DNA from: Candidatus Levybacteria bacterium RIFCSPHIGHO2_01_FULL_36_15b
GTDB taxonomy: Bacteria > Patescibacteriota > Microgenomatia > Levybacterales > UBA12049
Reading direction: 5' to 3'
DNA length: 64,000 bases
Assembly: GCA_001782045.1 (NCBI GenBank)
Contig: MFNK01000012.1
Span: 21,753-85,752, forward strand
Part shown: positions 9,933 through 20,443 of the stretch, piece by piece
Layout of the letters: each line of letters begins with the position of its first letter
How positions within the stretch are numbered: position 1 is the stretch's first letter
Translations under genes and position numbers: made by a program
Notes under the pieces: model-generated
The model's input: only the letters and a program-made list of their open reading frames with translations
Told to the model about the DNA's origin: nothing
Databases searched by the model: none

Positions 9933-10284
9933 TATTTTTTATAGAATTTATCTTCTTTTCGTTAATGTAGTTGCTTTTAAACTCCTTACTTATATGCTCG
10001 TAATTTTTATCAATATGACTCTTCTTAAAAGATTCCATAATTTGTTTTTGGTCTTCTTCTATTTTATTTTTAAAAAAACTTGCATCAAAAGGTTTTGGGA
10101 TCGGTGCATCCCAAGTACCGGGCGGTAATGTATCTTCAGAACCATCTGCTGGAGCCGCAGCAGGTTCTTCGTCTCCATCCAGTAATTCTTCAGCCTGCTG
10201 CTGCACAGGAGGCTTTCTTACACCATAAGGGTCTAAGTCTGCAACTTCGTCTGCCCTCATTACTTCATCGCGTTCATCAGCCAT
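9916..10284 (-). CDS. Small hypothetical protein, RADEVADLDPY-motif family, member C
   Basis: N-terminal MADERDEVMRADEVADLDPYGVRKP. It overlaps the vWA start by 17 bp, so it is the first gene of the operon. Confidence 0.5.
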   Translation of the reverse strand: MADERDEVMRADEVADLDPYGVRKPPVQQQAEELLDGDEEPAAAPADGSEDTLPPGTWDAPIPKPFDASFFKNKIEEDQKQIMESFKKSHIDKNYEHISKEFKSNYINEKKINSIKNNENDW

Positions 10285-10344
10285 AAATGTATTATACTAT
10301 CAGATAAACTTATCTACAAACTCGTTTGACTTTAATTCACCCCT

Positions 10345-10749
10345 TTGATATATTCCCTGTCTATGGGAAATGAGATACAAAATTATAGATTAAGAGCGGA
10401 TGAGGTTGCTGATTTAGACCCGTATGAAAGAAGAAGCAAGAAAAAGACAGAAATAATAGAAGCTCCGGTAGAAGTAAAAGCTATACCAGAAAGTTCTGAA
10501 TTTAAAGAAAACTATATAATTCCGCCTGATTCCAAGAGCGCAGAGAATTCCCATTCAAAAATAATAAAAGGCTTAAGGTTTTTAGAATATTCAAGCGCAG
10601 CGGCTTTAATTTTAGACTTACAATTGTTTGCTTTGACACGCGGAGAAACACCATTTAGATCCGAACAAGCACTTGGAGGCTTATTATGTTTGGCAATTTT
10701 TATATTAACCAAAGCAGGAGCCGATAAATACGAAGACGATCTCAATTGA
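10345..10749 (+). CDS. Small hypothetical membrane-anchored protein, RADEVADLDPY-motif family, member D
   Basis: YRLRADEVADLDPYERR near the N-terminus; the true start may be the Met at 10363. It has a C-terminal hydrophobic helix. It is divergent from the operon. Confidence 0.5.
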   Translation: MIYSLSMGNEIQNYRLRADEVADLDPYERRSKKKTEIIEAPVEVKAIPESSEFKENYIIPPDSKSAENSHSKIIKGLRFLEYSSAAALILDLQLFALTRGETPFRSEQALGGLLCLAIFILTKAGADKYEDDLN

Positions 10750-11174
10750 CTTTTAATTTAACTTATAGTAATATACTCGGCATGGAAAGTGAATATCGTT
10801 ATAGACAAGATACAGAAGCTTTGTTCGATGATGATGAGGTTTATATTGATGACCTTGAAGCATCATTAAAACTTTATCCTGAAACTGAAAGACAATACAA
10901 ACGTGCCCAAAATATTCGTAGGGCTCTTTTTGGTGTTTCTTTACTTACTTTATTCGGAGGTTTGTATGAAGCCCTTATTGCGCAAGCAAACAAAAATAAC
11001 GGGCTAGATTATCTCGGGCACGAACAAAACAGTTGGCTTGCGGTAATTACTGCAGGAGTCCTAATTGCATCTGGGTTAATCATAGATAATATAGCTGTAA
11101 ATCGCATAAGAACTGAGCAATTTGAATTCAAATTAAATGGCTCAAAGGGAAAGTTTACTAAATTAGTTAAATAA
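10746..11174 (+). CDS. Hypothetical membrane protein (2 TM)
   Basis: Overlaps the stop of member D by 4 bp. Two hydrophobic helices. Confidence 0.4.
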   Translation: MTFNLTYSNILGMESEYRYRQDTEALFDDDEVYIDDLEASLKLYPETERQYKRAQNIRRALFGVSLLTLFGGLYEALIAQANKNNGLDYLGHEQNSWLAVITAGVLIASGLIIDNIAVNRIRTEQFEFKLNGSKGKFTKLVK

Positions 11175-12020
11175 TCACTTCTGATGTACTGGGCAGAAGT
11201 AGGTACCGCGGCCTGCTAAGAAATTCTTTTGAATTACTCCACCATCATTTTTAGAACATTTTTCTCCTTGCCTACCATAAGCTAAACTATGATGTTGATA
11301 TTCTCCTTCTTGTCCTAATACATTTACAAAGTTTAATTCCGATGCGCCTCCATATTTCATACTTTTTTCCATTACTTTTAGTATTGAATCGTAAAGAAGT
11401 TTAATTTCGGAAGGGGAAAGATCTTTTGCCCGTCTTTTTGGGTTAATTCCGGCCAAAAAAAGCGCATCATTTGCATAAATATTTCCTATTCCGCCTATTC
11501 TAGTTTGATCCATTAAGAGTGGTTTTATTATAGTTTGTCTACCCGAAATTATCTTTTCAAACAACTCAAGTGTTAAATCTTTGAAAGGCTCTGGTCCCAT
11601 GTTCTTAAAGAATGGCATTTTAAAAACATCTTCTGTTTTTACCACTCTTATCCATCCAAAACGTCTTTTATCGTTGTAGTAAAGAAAAGCTCCCTTATCT
11701 AGTTTGAAAATTACGTGTGTAAATTGATTTGGAATTTTATCCCCTACTTTTTTGGATATTATAAATTTTGAAGTTTTTTCGTCTCTGTAAATTAACTGCC
11801 CTGTAAGTTTTATGTGGATTGCCAAGGAATATTTATTTGATAAATCAATAACCAAACCTTTTCCAAATCGGCGAACATCTTTAACTTTTGCTCCTATAAT
11901 GTCTTTCGATTGTCCTTCAAAAAGCTTTGCAACTTTAACTTCAACATTTTCTATCTTGTGTCCGACAAGATATTTCTGGAGTCCTAATTTTACTGTTTCA
12001 ACTTCTGGAAGTTCCGGCAT
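11175..12020 (-). CDS. mutM: Formamidopyrimidine-DNA glycosylase (Fpg/MutM)
   Basis: N-terminal MPELPEVE and a C-terminal zinc finger CxxC...CxxC. Confidence 0.85.
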   Translation of the reverse strand: MPELPEVETVKLGLQKYLVGHKIENVEVKVAKLFEGQSKDIIGAKVKDVRRFGKGLVIDLSNKYSLAIHIKLTGQLIYRDEKTSKFIISKKVGDKIPNQFTHVIFKLDKGAFLYYNDKRRFGWIRVVKTEDVFKMPFFKNMGPEPFKDLTLELFEKIISGRQTIIKPLLMDQTRIGGIGNIYANDALFLAGINPKRRAKDLSPSEIKLLYDSILKVMEKSMKYGGASELNFVNVLGQEGEYQHHSLAYGRQGEKCSKNDGGVIQKNFLAGRGTYFCPVHQK

Positions 12021-12067
12021 ATGTTAATAAACTATAGACTTTAAATAGCATCTCAAATCTTTTAGAT

Positions 12068-13186
12068 TTAATCTTTAATTTTTGATTTAACGAAGTTTTC
12101 TATTTCTTTCTTAAACCTTTCTTTACTAAATTTTTGTGCATGTTTTATAATTTCGTTTTGATCAAATTCCAATGTTTCAAAAATATGTATTGCCTCTATT
12201 AAACCGGCTAGAGAATATTCATAAAAGAATACCCCCGTCTTTCCCTCAACCACAGTTTCCTTGTAGCCTCCACCGTTAAACGCTATTACCGGCGTTCCGG
12301 CTAGCATGCTTTCAACCGGTGTTATTCCAAAATCTTCATCTTTTGCCAGAGCCAAAAATCCCTTTGCGCCTTTGTAAAGCTTTGAAAGTTCTTCGTCTGT
12401 TACTTGACCCAAGAATTGAACATTTTGTTTAGCTTTTGAGGCTAACTTATCGTATTCAAAATAATAACCCGCAGGTGCTCCTGCAATTTTTAGCTTAAAT
12501 CCCATTTTACTTGCCGCTTCAACTGCCAAATCAAGTCCTTTTGCGCCAACAATTCTGGAAACTATAAAATAATAATCCTTACGGGATTTACTATTTACCA
12601 TCGACGATTTACCAACAGGAAGTGACACTGGAGGATAAATTACTGTTGAATCTCTTCTGTAGAATTTTTGAATCCTTGATTGCACCTCTTTGGAATTTGC
12701 AATAAAAAAATTTACTTTTTGAGCTCTTTTAAAGTCATAAAGTCTTAAAAAATGTCCAACAATTGCAGCATATGCCCTAACTATTGCGAATTTTTGAAAA
12801 TTAACAGAGGTGGTATATCCATAAAGCCATCGCGGAGGCGTATGGCAATAACAAATCTCTATAAATTTTGAATTTGAGCGCTTGAATCCTTTTGTAATAA
12901 ACCAACTGGCAGAACTTATCACAACGTCAAAATCTTTAAAGTTAAAGCTTCCCCAAATAAACGGCGTTAAAAAACGTAAAGGTGAAGCTAATTTTCCCGC
13001 AAAAGGAAGTAAATTGAACCAGGAAGAGACTATTTTTTTATTTTTGAAATGGGAATAAGCACTCGAGTTTTTATCAACAAAGGCTGTATAAATTGCAGCA
13101 TCAGGATAAATTTCGCAAAGCGCTTCTAGTACTCTTTCCGCACCTCCAAATTCCTTAATATAATCATGAACTATCGCAGCTTTCAT
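12068..13186 (-). CDS. Glycosyltransferase family 4 (GT1-fold)
   Basis: EDFGITPVESMLAGTPVIAF motif. Confidence 0.7.
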   Translation of the reverse strand: MKAAIVHDYIKEFGGAERVLEALCEIYPDAAIYTAFVDKNSSAYSHFKNKKIVSSWFNLLPFAGKLASPLRFLTPFIWGSFNFKDFDVVISSASWFITKGFKRSNSKFIEICYCHTPPRWLYGYTTSVNFQKFAIVRAYAAIVGHFLRLYDFKRAQKVNFFIANSKEVQSRIQKFYRRDSTVIYPPVSLPVGKSSMVNSKSRKDYYFIVSRIVGAKGLDLAVEAASKMGFKLKIAGAPAGYYFEYDKLASKAKQNVQFLGQVTDEELSKLYKGAKGFLALAKDEDFGITPVESMLAGTPVIAFNGGGYKETVVEGKTGVFFYEYSLAGLIEAIHIFETLEFDQNEIIKHAQKFSKERFKKEIENFVKSKIKD

Positions 13187-13252
13187 CCCGTTAGAAATAA
13201 ACCGCTCCTTGGACGGTTGTTTTTATTCTTGAATAAAAAATTTCTAACGGGA

Positions 13253-14188
13253 TCATAAAAGTTCTAGTTGATTTTCCTCTTTCTTTTTCAATACAGAAGG
13301 TTTAAATTCTTCTTTTATCTCTGTTATCTCATCTGCCTTTTCCAAATTAAACCTTTGTATTAAACTATTAAATTTAAGCATCTTAAAGTTTTCTAAAATG
13401 CCTTTTTCATTTATATCTGCAGCCTTACATTCCGTATTTTTATATTTAATTGGCGAGTTTACATCTATTGTTGCCAGTTTTTTTGCCAAGGCAGCCTGCT
13501 CTGCATCCGTTGCTAGTTTTTCAGATACTTTTGGAGCAATTTCACCCAGGTTATTATAAAGATTTTCAAGATTTTGAAATCTACTAATTAAATCGCTTGC
13601 TGTTTTTGGCCCGATTCCCATAACCCCGGGGTAATTATCCGAAGCATCCCCCACCAAAGCTTTGTAATCGGGGATTTGCTCGGGCTGTAATCCGTATTTT
13701 TCAACCACTGCTGCCTTGTCGAACAAAATCATTTTAGTAACACCGGTTATTGGAGCTATCATTCTTACATGTCCATTAACCAGCTGCAGTAAGTCTCTAT
13801 CGCCGGAAAGTATTATGACCTCTTCTTTTGCCTGATTTGAAATAGTTCCTATCAAATCGTCTGCTTCAAAACCATCTACTTCGAATATTTTAAATTTAGA
13901 CTGCAGAAGAATATCGTGAATCAAGACAAATTGAGAAGAAAGTTCATCTTCCATCTTTGGTCTTTGTGCCTGATAGCCTACGTACATTTGTTTTCTAAAG
14001 GTCGGGGCTTCTCTATCAAAACAAACAACAATATATGTAGGTTTTAAATCGTTTATAACTTTTAAAACCATTGCAAAGAAACCGTAAACAGCATTTGTAG
14101 GTTTTCCTTTATGGGAATGAAGCGGAGGTAGAGCGTGATAAGCCCTGTGAACTATGGCATTTCCATCTATTAAAAGAAGCTTTTCCAT
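13253..14188 (-). CDS. 5'-3' exonuclease (Pol I N-terminal / FEN-like)
   Basis: LLLIDGNAIVHRAYHAL...VCFD and GIGPKTA motifs. Confidence 0.8.
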   Translation of the reverse strand: MEKLLLIDGNAIVHRAYHALPPLHSHKGKPTNAVYGFFAMVLKVINDLKPTYIVVCFDREAPTFRKQMYVGYQAQRPKMEDELSSQFVLIHDILLQSKFKIFEVDGFEADDLIGTISNQAKEEVIILSGDRDLLQLVNGHVRMIAPITGVTKMILFDKAAVVEKYGLQPEQIPDYKALVGDASDNYPGVMGIGPKTASDLISRFQNLENLYNNLGEIAPKVSEKLATDAEQAALAKKLATIDVNSPIKYKNTECKAADINEKGILENFKMLKFNSLIQRFNLEKADEITEIKEEFKPSVLKKKEENQLELL

Positions 14189-14210
14189 ATCCGCAATTAT
14201 ATCAGGTGGG

Positions 14211-14801
14211 CTACTTTTCAGAAAGCTTGAGGTAAACGTTGGCTTGAGCTAGTGAAGTTAACGGAACGGTTACTAATAACCCGACTATCAAAAGAAAGAA
14301 ACCAAAAATATTTAAAAGCATGCTTACGATTCCAAATCCCAGAAGCGTAAAAAAGTTGTTTTTAGTTAGTTTCCAGCTCCCTTTTATAGCCTCTATTGGG
14401 CCCAATTGTTTTTCAACTATTAAAAACCCAACGAATTGAAGCCTAACGGCAAATACAATACCTGGAATAATAAGGGCCAGGAATCCTAAAAATATTACAA
14501 CTCCAGAAAGAAAATTTCCAATTATTAATTTTAAAACTGATTTATAGTCTTTTAGTCGAGAAGATATTGTTGTTTTCCTTTTGTTAAAAGCGCTTACTGT
14601 AAAAGTGACTATTGCAACCTGTACTAATGCTCCAAAAATCCAAGATTCAATATTTGAAATAATTGAGCCTAGCTGCGAAGATATTGCTAAATTTAAAATC
14701 GAAATTACGCCGATTAAAAGAAAAAATCCTATTATATTTTTAGGATTTTTTTTAAGAGTTTTCCAGGAAGTAGTTATTACTTGTTCTATAGAGAAGTCCA
14801 T
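14211..14801 (-). CDS. Hypothetical polytopic membrane protein
   Basis: Four or five hydrophobic helices and no recognisable motif. Confidence 0.45.
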   Translation of the reverse strand: MDFSIEQVITTSWKTLKKNPKNIIGFFLLIGVISILNLAISSQLGSIISNIESWIFGALVQVAIVTFTVSAFNKRKTTISSRLKDYKSVLKLIIGNFLSGVVIFLGFLALIIPGIVFAVRLQFVGFLIVEKQLGPIEAIKGSWKLTKNNFFTLLGFGIVSMLLNIFGFFLLIVGLLVTVPLTSLAQANVYLKLSEK

Positions 14802-14844
14802 AATTTTATTATTTGTCTAAATTTTTATTCTGTCAATGGGCAAC

Positions 14845-16704
14845 TTAAGCCTTAACAGTAGCGTATGCTGCTTTTTTGGGGCCGATTAATTTTTCAAACT
14901 CTTCAGATTCAATCGTTTCCTTTTTTAGAAGCTCTTCTGCCAGAACATCCAGCTTGTTTCTTAATTTCTTGAGTACTTGATTTGCTTTTATATATGCTTC
15001 GTCTGTAATTTTTTTAACTTGCGAGTCGATTCTTGCAGCCATATCGGGCGAAATATTAGGGCTTTCGTAGGGCATCCTTTTGGCTTCCCCGTCTAAATTT
15101 ATTGGGCCAAGTTCGCTCATTCCATATTCAACAACCATTGTTCGGGCAACTTGAGTTGCTTTTGCAATATCATCAGATGCTCCTGTTGTTAATTCTTTAA
15201 ATACCAAGTTTTCAGCCGCTCTTCCTCCAAGCATTACCGCAATTTCTTCCATTAAATGAGTTTTTGTTTCATGAACTCTATCTATTGGCTCCATCATTGT
15301 GTGACCCAAACTCATTCCTCTTGATACTATAGAAATTCTATGAATCGGGTCCATGTTTGGCATAAACCATGAAACTAAAGCATGCCCGGCTTCGTGATAT
15401 GCTGTCATTTTTCTATCCATGTCTGATTGAAGTCTTTTCTTTTCAGGTCCTAATTTTACTTTGGTTGCTGCTTCTTCCAAATCCTGCATATCAATCTGTT
15501 TTTTAGCAAGTCTTGCTGCTAAAATTGCAGACTCGTTTAACATATTTTCCAAATCAGCTCCTGAGAATCCAACTGTTCTTCTTGCAATTCGACTCCAGTT
15601 AACATTTTTCTCGAAAGGTTTTCCCCGTGCATGGATTTTAAGAATTTCCTGCCTACCATTAACGTCCGGCAGTTCAAGCATTACGGTTCTATCAAATCTT
15701 CCGGGACGGACTAGTGCCGGGTCTAAAACATCGGGTCTGTTTGTTGCTGCCATAACAACTAGCTGCTCATTTGGCGTAAAACCGTCCATTTCAACTAGAA
15801 TTTGGTTAAGCGTCTGCTCTCGCTCGTCATGTCCGCCCATAAAACCTGCGCCGCGTTGTCTTCCAATAGCATCAATTTCATCTATAAAAATAATTGCGGG
15901 CTGTGCTTTTTTTGCGTTATTAAACAAATCCCGAACGCGAGAAGCTCCAACTCCAACTAGCATTTCCATAAATTCACTTCCCGCCATAGAGAAAAAAGCA
16001 ACTTCCGCCTCTCCCGCTGTTGCTCTTGCAAGGAGTGTCTTACCTGTTCCCGCAGGGCCAATCATCAACACGCCTTTTGGAGTTCTTGCTCCCATTGCCT
16101 TGTATTTGCCCGGATTTTTAAGAAAATCTACAACTTCTGTTAATTCCTGCTTTGCTTCATCTACTCCAGCCACATCTTTAAAACTGACTTTTGGAGTATC
16201 TTTGCTGTAAAGCTTTGCAGATGATTTTCCGAAAGAGAAAATGCTCTCCTGAGCTCCTCTTGCCTGCCTGAATATAAACCAGAAAAAAGCGACCATTAAA
16301 ATAATTGGAAGAATTCCTGTTAAAATGCTTATCCAATTATTAAGTGTCGTTTCATCTTTTACAGCCACTTTTGTTTTTCCTAAATCAACTCCTGCGTCTT
16401 TAAAAAGCTGATAAACGCTGGCGTTTGTTTCTTTAAAACTCTCTACTGTTTGATTTTTTTCTTTAGCAACTATTTTATTGGGATAAACCTCAATTGAGCT
16501 TACTTTTCCTCCCTTTACGTCAGAAATTATTGTTGAAAGGGGAACTGTTTTAGATTGCTCAGTTGTTCCACTTCCTGTTGGCTGGGTTATTCCAAAAAAT
16601 AAAAATGCAGTAAAAGCAATTAGAAAAACATAAATGATTATATTTTTCCATGACCATTTCATTTTAAAGTTTTTAAATTTTTTCGGTCTTTTTAGCCTTG
16701 CCAT
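14845..16704 (-). CDS. ftsH: ATP-dependent zinc metalloprotease FtsH
   Basis: Walker A GPAGTGKT, the SRH region, and zinc motif HEAGHAL. Length 619 aa. Confidence 0.9.
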   Translation of the reverse strand: MARLKRPKKFKNFKMKWSWKNIIIYVFLIAFTAFLFFGITQPTGSGTTEQSKTVPLSTIISDVKGGKVSSIEVYPNKIVAKEKNQTVESFKETNASVYQLFKDAGVDLGKTKVAVKDETTLNNWISILTGILPIILMVAFFWFIFRQARGAQESIFSFGKSSAKLYSKDTPKVSFKDVAGVDEAKQELTEVVDFLKNPGKYKAMGARTPKGVLMIGPAGTGKTLLARATAGEAEVAFFSMAGSEFMEMLVGVGASRVRDLFNNAKKAQPAIIFIDEIDAIGRQRGAGFMGGHDEREQTLNQILVEMDGFTPNEQLVVMAATNRPDVLDPALVRPGRFDRTVMLELPDVNGRQEILKIHARGKPFEKNVNWSRIARRTVGFSGADLENMLNESAILAARLAKKQIDMQDLEEAATKVKLGPEKKRLQSDMDRKMTAYHEAGHALVSWFMPNMDPIHRISIVSRGMSLGHTMMEPIDRVHETKTHLMEEIAVMLGGRAAENLVFKELTTGASDDIAKATQVARTMVVEYGMSELGPINLDGEAKRMPYESPNISPDMAARIDSQVKKITDEAYIKANQVLKKLRNKLDVLAEELLKKETIESEEFEKLIGPKKAAYATVKA

Positions 16705-16747
16705 AAGTAGGCCAAATTATAACACAGCTTGAACTTGAATAAAAGAC

Positions 16748-17737
16748 TTATACGAGGCTTAGGCTTTCTTTTACTTGGTTGAGTGTTTCCCCAGCAATTC
16801 TTCTTGTCTTCTCTGCACCCTCTTTTAAAATTGCATCTAAATCTTGCGCTTTAAATTCTAATCTTTTCTTTCTTATTGGCTCAAGTAATGAATTAAGAAC
16901 TTCTACCAAAAACTTTTTAACTTCAACATCTCCGACTTCACCTTTTTGGTATCTAGTTTTAAAGTCTTCCACTTTTTTTAAATCGGCCTCGCTTGCAAAA
17001 GTATCAAGATAAACAAAAACGGGATTTCCATCTACAGTCCCAGGGTCGTTGGCATGAATTCTTTTTGGGTCGGTATACATTCCCATTACTTTTTTTTCTA
17101 CTTCTTCTTTTGAATCAGATAAATAAATAGTGTTATTTAGGCTTTTTCCCATTTTTGGATTTCCGTCTGTTCCCACAAGCTTTCCTACTCTTCCAATCAA
17201 GGCTTTGGGTTCTGGGAATAATTCGCTTTTTGCAAATTTATTTATAACTCTTGCGATTTCTCTTGTCTGCTCTAAATGCGCTTCTTGATCTTTTCCAACA
17301 GGCACAAGCTCTGCTTTTACGCACAAAATGTCAGCTGCCTGATAAATTGGATAGTTAATAAAACCTAAGGAGAATAAATCACCTAAGCCTTTAGAAGCAA
17401 TTTCATCTTTAATTGTGGGGTTTCTTAGGGCTCTATTATGCGAAACATACATACTAAAAATAGATGCTAGTTCGTAAATTTCAGCAACGTCTGATTCTTT
17501 AAAGAAAGTAACTTTTTTAGGATCAAGTCCAATAGATAAATTGTCTAAAAGAACTTCTTTTGTATATTCTTTAATTTTTTCAGGAACCTCGGAAAGTGTG
17601 GTTAAGGCATGCGTGTCTGCCAATATAATAAAAACTTCATATTCGTTTTGAAGTTTTACGCGGTTTTCCAATGTTCCTACAAAATGACCCAAATGAAGCC
17701 TTCCTGTAGGAGTATCGCCTGTTAAAATCCTTTTCAT
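16748..17737 (-). CDS. trpS: Tryptophanyl-tRNA synthetase
   Basis: TGDTPTGRLHLGHFVG (HIGH-type) and KMGKS (KMSKS). 329 aa, a size typical of TrpRS rather than TyrRS. Confidence 0.75.
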   Translation of the reverse strand: MKRILTGDTPTGRLHLGHFVGTLENRVKLQNEYEVFIILADTHALTTLSEVPEKIKEYTKEVLLDNLSIGLDPKKVTFFKESDVAEIYELASIFSMYVSHNRALRNPTIKDEIASKGLGDLFSLGFINYPIYQAADILCVKAELVPVGKDQEAHLEQTREIARVINKFAKSELFPEPKALIGRVGKLVGTDGNPKMGKSLNNTIYLSDSKEEVEKKVMGMYTDPKRIHANDPGTVDGNPVFVYLDTFASEADLKKVEDFKTRYQKGEVGDVEVKKFLVEVLNSLLEPIRKKRLEFKAQDLDAILKEGAEKTRRIAGETLNQVKESLSLV

Positions 17738-17751
17738 GACTTAATTATACA

Positions 17752-18951
17752 TTAAAGCCATAATTTTTTGAGGTTTGGAAAATTATTGTTGAGAATTGAT
17801 TCGCGGATTTGACGGGTAAGATTTAGTAAAAAATGTACATTGTGTAGGCTCAATAAGTTATAAGAAAGCAGTTCACGAGAGCGGAATAAATGATGGATAT
17901 ATGCTCTACTAAAGTTTTGGCACGAATAACAGTTGCAGTTTGAATCAAGTGGTTTTGAATCTTTCCGGTATTGCGGCTTATCAATGTCTGTTCTAAATCT
18001 GTTTTTCATGCTACCTTGTGGTGGTGAAATAAAAAAGAAACCTGTTCGTCCAATTCTTGTTGGAATTACGCAGTCAAAAGTATCAACTCCACGCTCTATA
18101 ATTTCAAAAATATCATCTATCTCCCCAATTCCTAGAAGATGTCTGGGTTTTTCTTCGCTTGTATTTTTAACTGTCCAGTCAATTACGTCATAGAGATTTT
18201 TCTTTGATAGATGTGCCCCACCTAACGCAATTGCGTCGAAATTTTTGTCTACAAATTTTGCGCTTTCAGTCCTCAATTCTTTGAATTGTCCACCATGAGT
18301 TACTCCATATAAAAGTTGCGATTTGTTCTTTTGAGACGCTTTTGAGCGCAATTCCCAACGATTTGTGAGCTCCAAGCTCTTCTTTGTTTTCTCGTGATCA
18401 TATTTTGGAGATTCCAAATCATCAAAGCTAACTATTAAATCCGCTCCTAATTTTTCCTGAATTTCAATTGAGGACTCAGGTGTCAATTTATGAGTTGAGC
18501 CGTCTATGTGAGACTGAAATGTCACTCCTTCTTCCGTAATTCGGTTTAACCGTCCTGAGCCTGTCGAAGGATTGTTTTCGTCTGTTATAACATTGTTATA
18601 ACGTATCTCATTTCTTAGAAACTTTACTCCCCCGCCTTCTTTGCCAACTCCAAGTGAAAACACCTGAAATCCTCCGGAATCTGTCATAGTAGGGCTATTC
18701 CAGCTCATCCATTTAGAAAGTCCCCCCATTTTTTTTATCAGGTTTTCTCCCGGCCGAAGATGTAAGTGATAAGTATTTGCCAAAACAATTTGTGCTCCGG
18801 CTTCTTTTAAATCCTTTGGCGAGATTGCTTTCACGCTTCCTTGTGTTCCAACAGGCACAAAAGCAGGCGTTTCAATGTCTCCGTGGGGAGTTTTTATAAT
18901 CCCGGCCCTAGCGGCTTTGCTTTTCTTGATAATTTTGAAAGTGGGTTTCAT
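17752..18951 (-). CDS. tgt: Queuine tRNA-ribosyltransferase
   Basis: N-terminal ARAGIIKTPHGDIETPAFVPVGT and zinc site CNCYSC...H. Confidence 0.85.
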   Translation of the reverse strand: MKPTFKIIKKSKAARAGIIKTPHGDIETPAFVPVGTQGSVKAISPKDLKEAGAQIVLANTYHLHLRPGENLIKKMGGLSKWMSWNSPTMTDSGGFQVFSLGVGKEGGGVKFLRNEIRYNNVITDENNPSTGSGRLNRITEEGVTFQSHIDGSTHKLTPESSIEIQEKLGADLIVSFDDLESPKYDHEKTKKSLELTNRWELRSKASQKNKSQLLYGVTHGGQFKELRTESAKFVDKNFDAIALGGAHLSKKNLYDVIDWTVKNTSEEKPRHLLGIGEIDDIFEIIERGVDTFDCVIPTRIGRTGFFFISPPQGSMKNRFRTDIDKPQYRKDSKPLDSNCNCYSCQNFSRAYIHHLFRSRELLSYNLLSLHNVHFLLNLTRQIRESILNNNFPNLKKLWL

Positions 18952-20273
18952 TTTTTGAGGGCATTTACTTCTTTTCTAAACTGTTCGCCTCTGTCTTTAT
19001 AGTTCTTAAACATATCATAACTTTTGCACGCCGGGGACAAAAGAACAATGTCGCCGCTTTTTGCAATTTTCGAAGCTGCTAAAACTATTTTTTCCATACT
19101 ATCTGCCCCTTCAACGAGAATTAGATTTGATTTTTGATATTTGATTTTTGATTTAATTTTCGGCCAATCTCTTCCGATCCCTATAATTGCTTTTATAGTT
19201 TCGTTCTTTGAAATTATACCTCCGAGTTCTATGAAGTCGCTCCCCTCGCTTAAACCACCCAAAATAAGAATTTTAGGCTGGTTAAAAGCCGCAATCGCAG
19301 CCATTGCGCTCTCGGGATTTGTAGCAATCGAATCGTCATAATATTTAACTCCACCAACTTCTATAACAAGCTCAAGTCTATGCGGAAGTCCTTTAAAATC
19401 GTGGATCGCAGCTTTCATTACCTCGATTGAGACACCAGATAAATATGCTGCTACAGAAGCTGCTGCTATGTTTTCAAAATTGTGAGCTCCGGGAATAATA
19501 ATATCTTTTGTATCGATTACTTTCCTATCGTTTCCAGCAATTCTCAGCCATATTGCTTCATCTTTAACAAAAGCGCCTTCATCTACATCCCTTTCACGCG
19601 AGAAAAAATAGATTTTTCCATCTGTGTGAATATCCGATTCACTGCTTGCAGGATAGTCTCTATTTATAATTGCAAAATCAGAAGAATTTTGAAAACGTAT
19701 CAAATTTCTTTTTGCATCAATATATTCGTCTAAATCTTTATGGAAATTTTTCTGCCACTTAGAAGGTATAAGATGTTCTGATGTAACCATTAACATTACT
19801 GCAATATGGGGGCTTTTATGTAAGTCTTGCAACTGAAAACTGGAAAGTTCTAACACCACAATTGATGAACTGTTTAGTTGTTCAATAAAGTCCAATGGGG
19901 GCTTTCCGATATTGCCGCCTAAATACACATCTTTTCCACTTTTTTTCAACATTTCCTGTATTAGTGAGGATGTCGTTCCCTTTCCTTTTGTTCCGGTTAC
20001 TCCAATAATGGGACACGGACATAAATCGAAAAAGAGTTTTGTTTGGGATGTTACTTTTTCCTGAGGAACATTTTTTAGAAGTTCTAATTTAATTCCCGGA
20101 CTTCTAACAACTAGATCATATTTCTCTAAGTTATCTAAATAATTACTCCCCTGTTTTTGATCAAGTATTGTAACTTCTGCATCTTGTTTTTCAAGAAACT
20201 TTGCGCTCGATAATCCCTCTATTCCCTCTCCGATTACGGCGATTTTTTTATTCTTAAAATTCATGTAGGCCAA
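18948..20273 (-). CDS. murD: UDP-N-acetylmuramoylalanine--D-glutamate ligase
   Basis: Mur-ligase P-loop GVTGTKGKGTT plus N-terminal Rossmann IAVIGEGIEG. Confidence 0.8.
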   Translation of the reverse strand: MAYMNFKNKKIAVIGEGIEGLSSAKFLEKQDAEVTILDQKQGSNYLDNLEKYDLVVRSPGIKLELLKNVPQEKVTSQTKLFFDLCPCPIIGVTGTKGKGTTSSLIQEMLKKSGKDVYLGGNIGKPPLDFIEQLNSSSIVVLELSSFQLQDLHKSPHIAVMLMVTSEHLIPSKWQKNFHKDLDEYIDAKRNLIRFQNSSDFAIINRDYPASSESDIHTDGKIYFFSRERDVDEGAFVKDEAIWLRIAGNDRKVIDTKDIIIPGAHNFENIAAASVAAYLSGVSIEVMKAAIHDFKGLPHRLELVIEVGGVKYYDDSIATNPESAMAAIAAFNQPKILILGGLSEGSDFIELGGIISKNETIKAIIGIGRDWPKIKSKIKYQKSNLILVEGADSMEKIVLAASKIAKSGDIVLLSPACKSYDMFKNYKDRGEQFRKEVNALKK

Positions 20274-20443
20274 TTATACTAAAAAGCTCACTTCCAAAGA
20301 AGCGAGCGATTTGTTGCGGGGCTAGGAGTTGCGCCTAGCCTGTGAGATTATGAGCCTCACGTGCACTGTACACTACCCCGCACGTGCGTAATATTATAAC
20401 AGAAATTTGCCTCAATTAGAAGATAATGTTAAAATATCTCAGC

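Noticed and set aside
15461-16210. 249-aa plus-strand ORF
   Set aside because: It is entirely inside ftsH on the opposite strand. Its S/A/P-rich low-complexity translation is typical of an antisense artefact.
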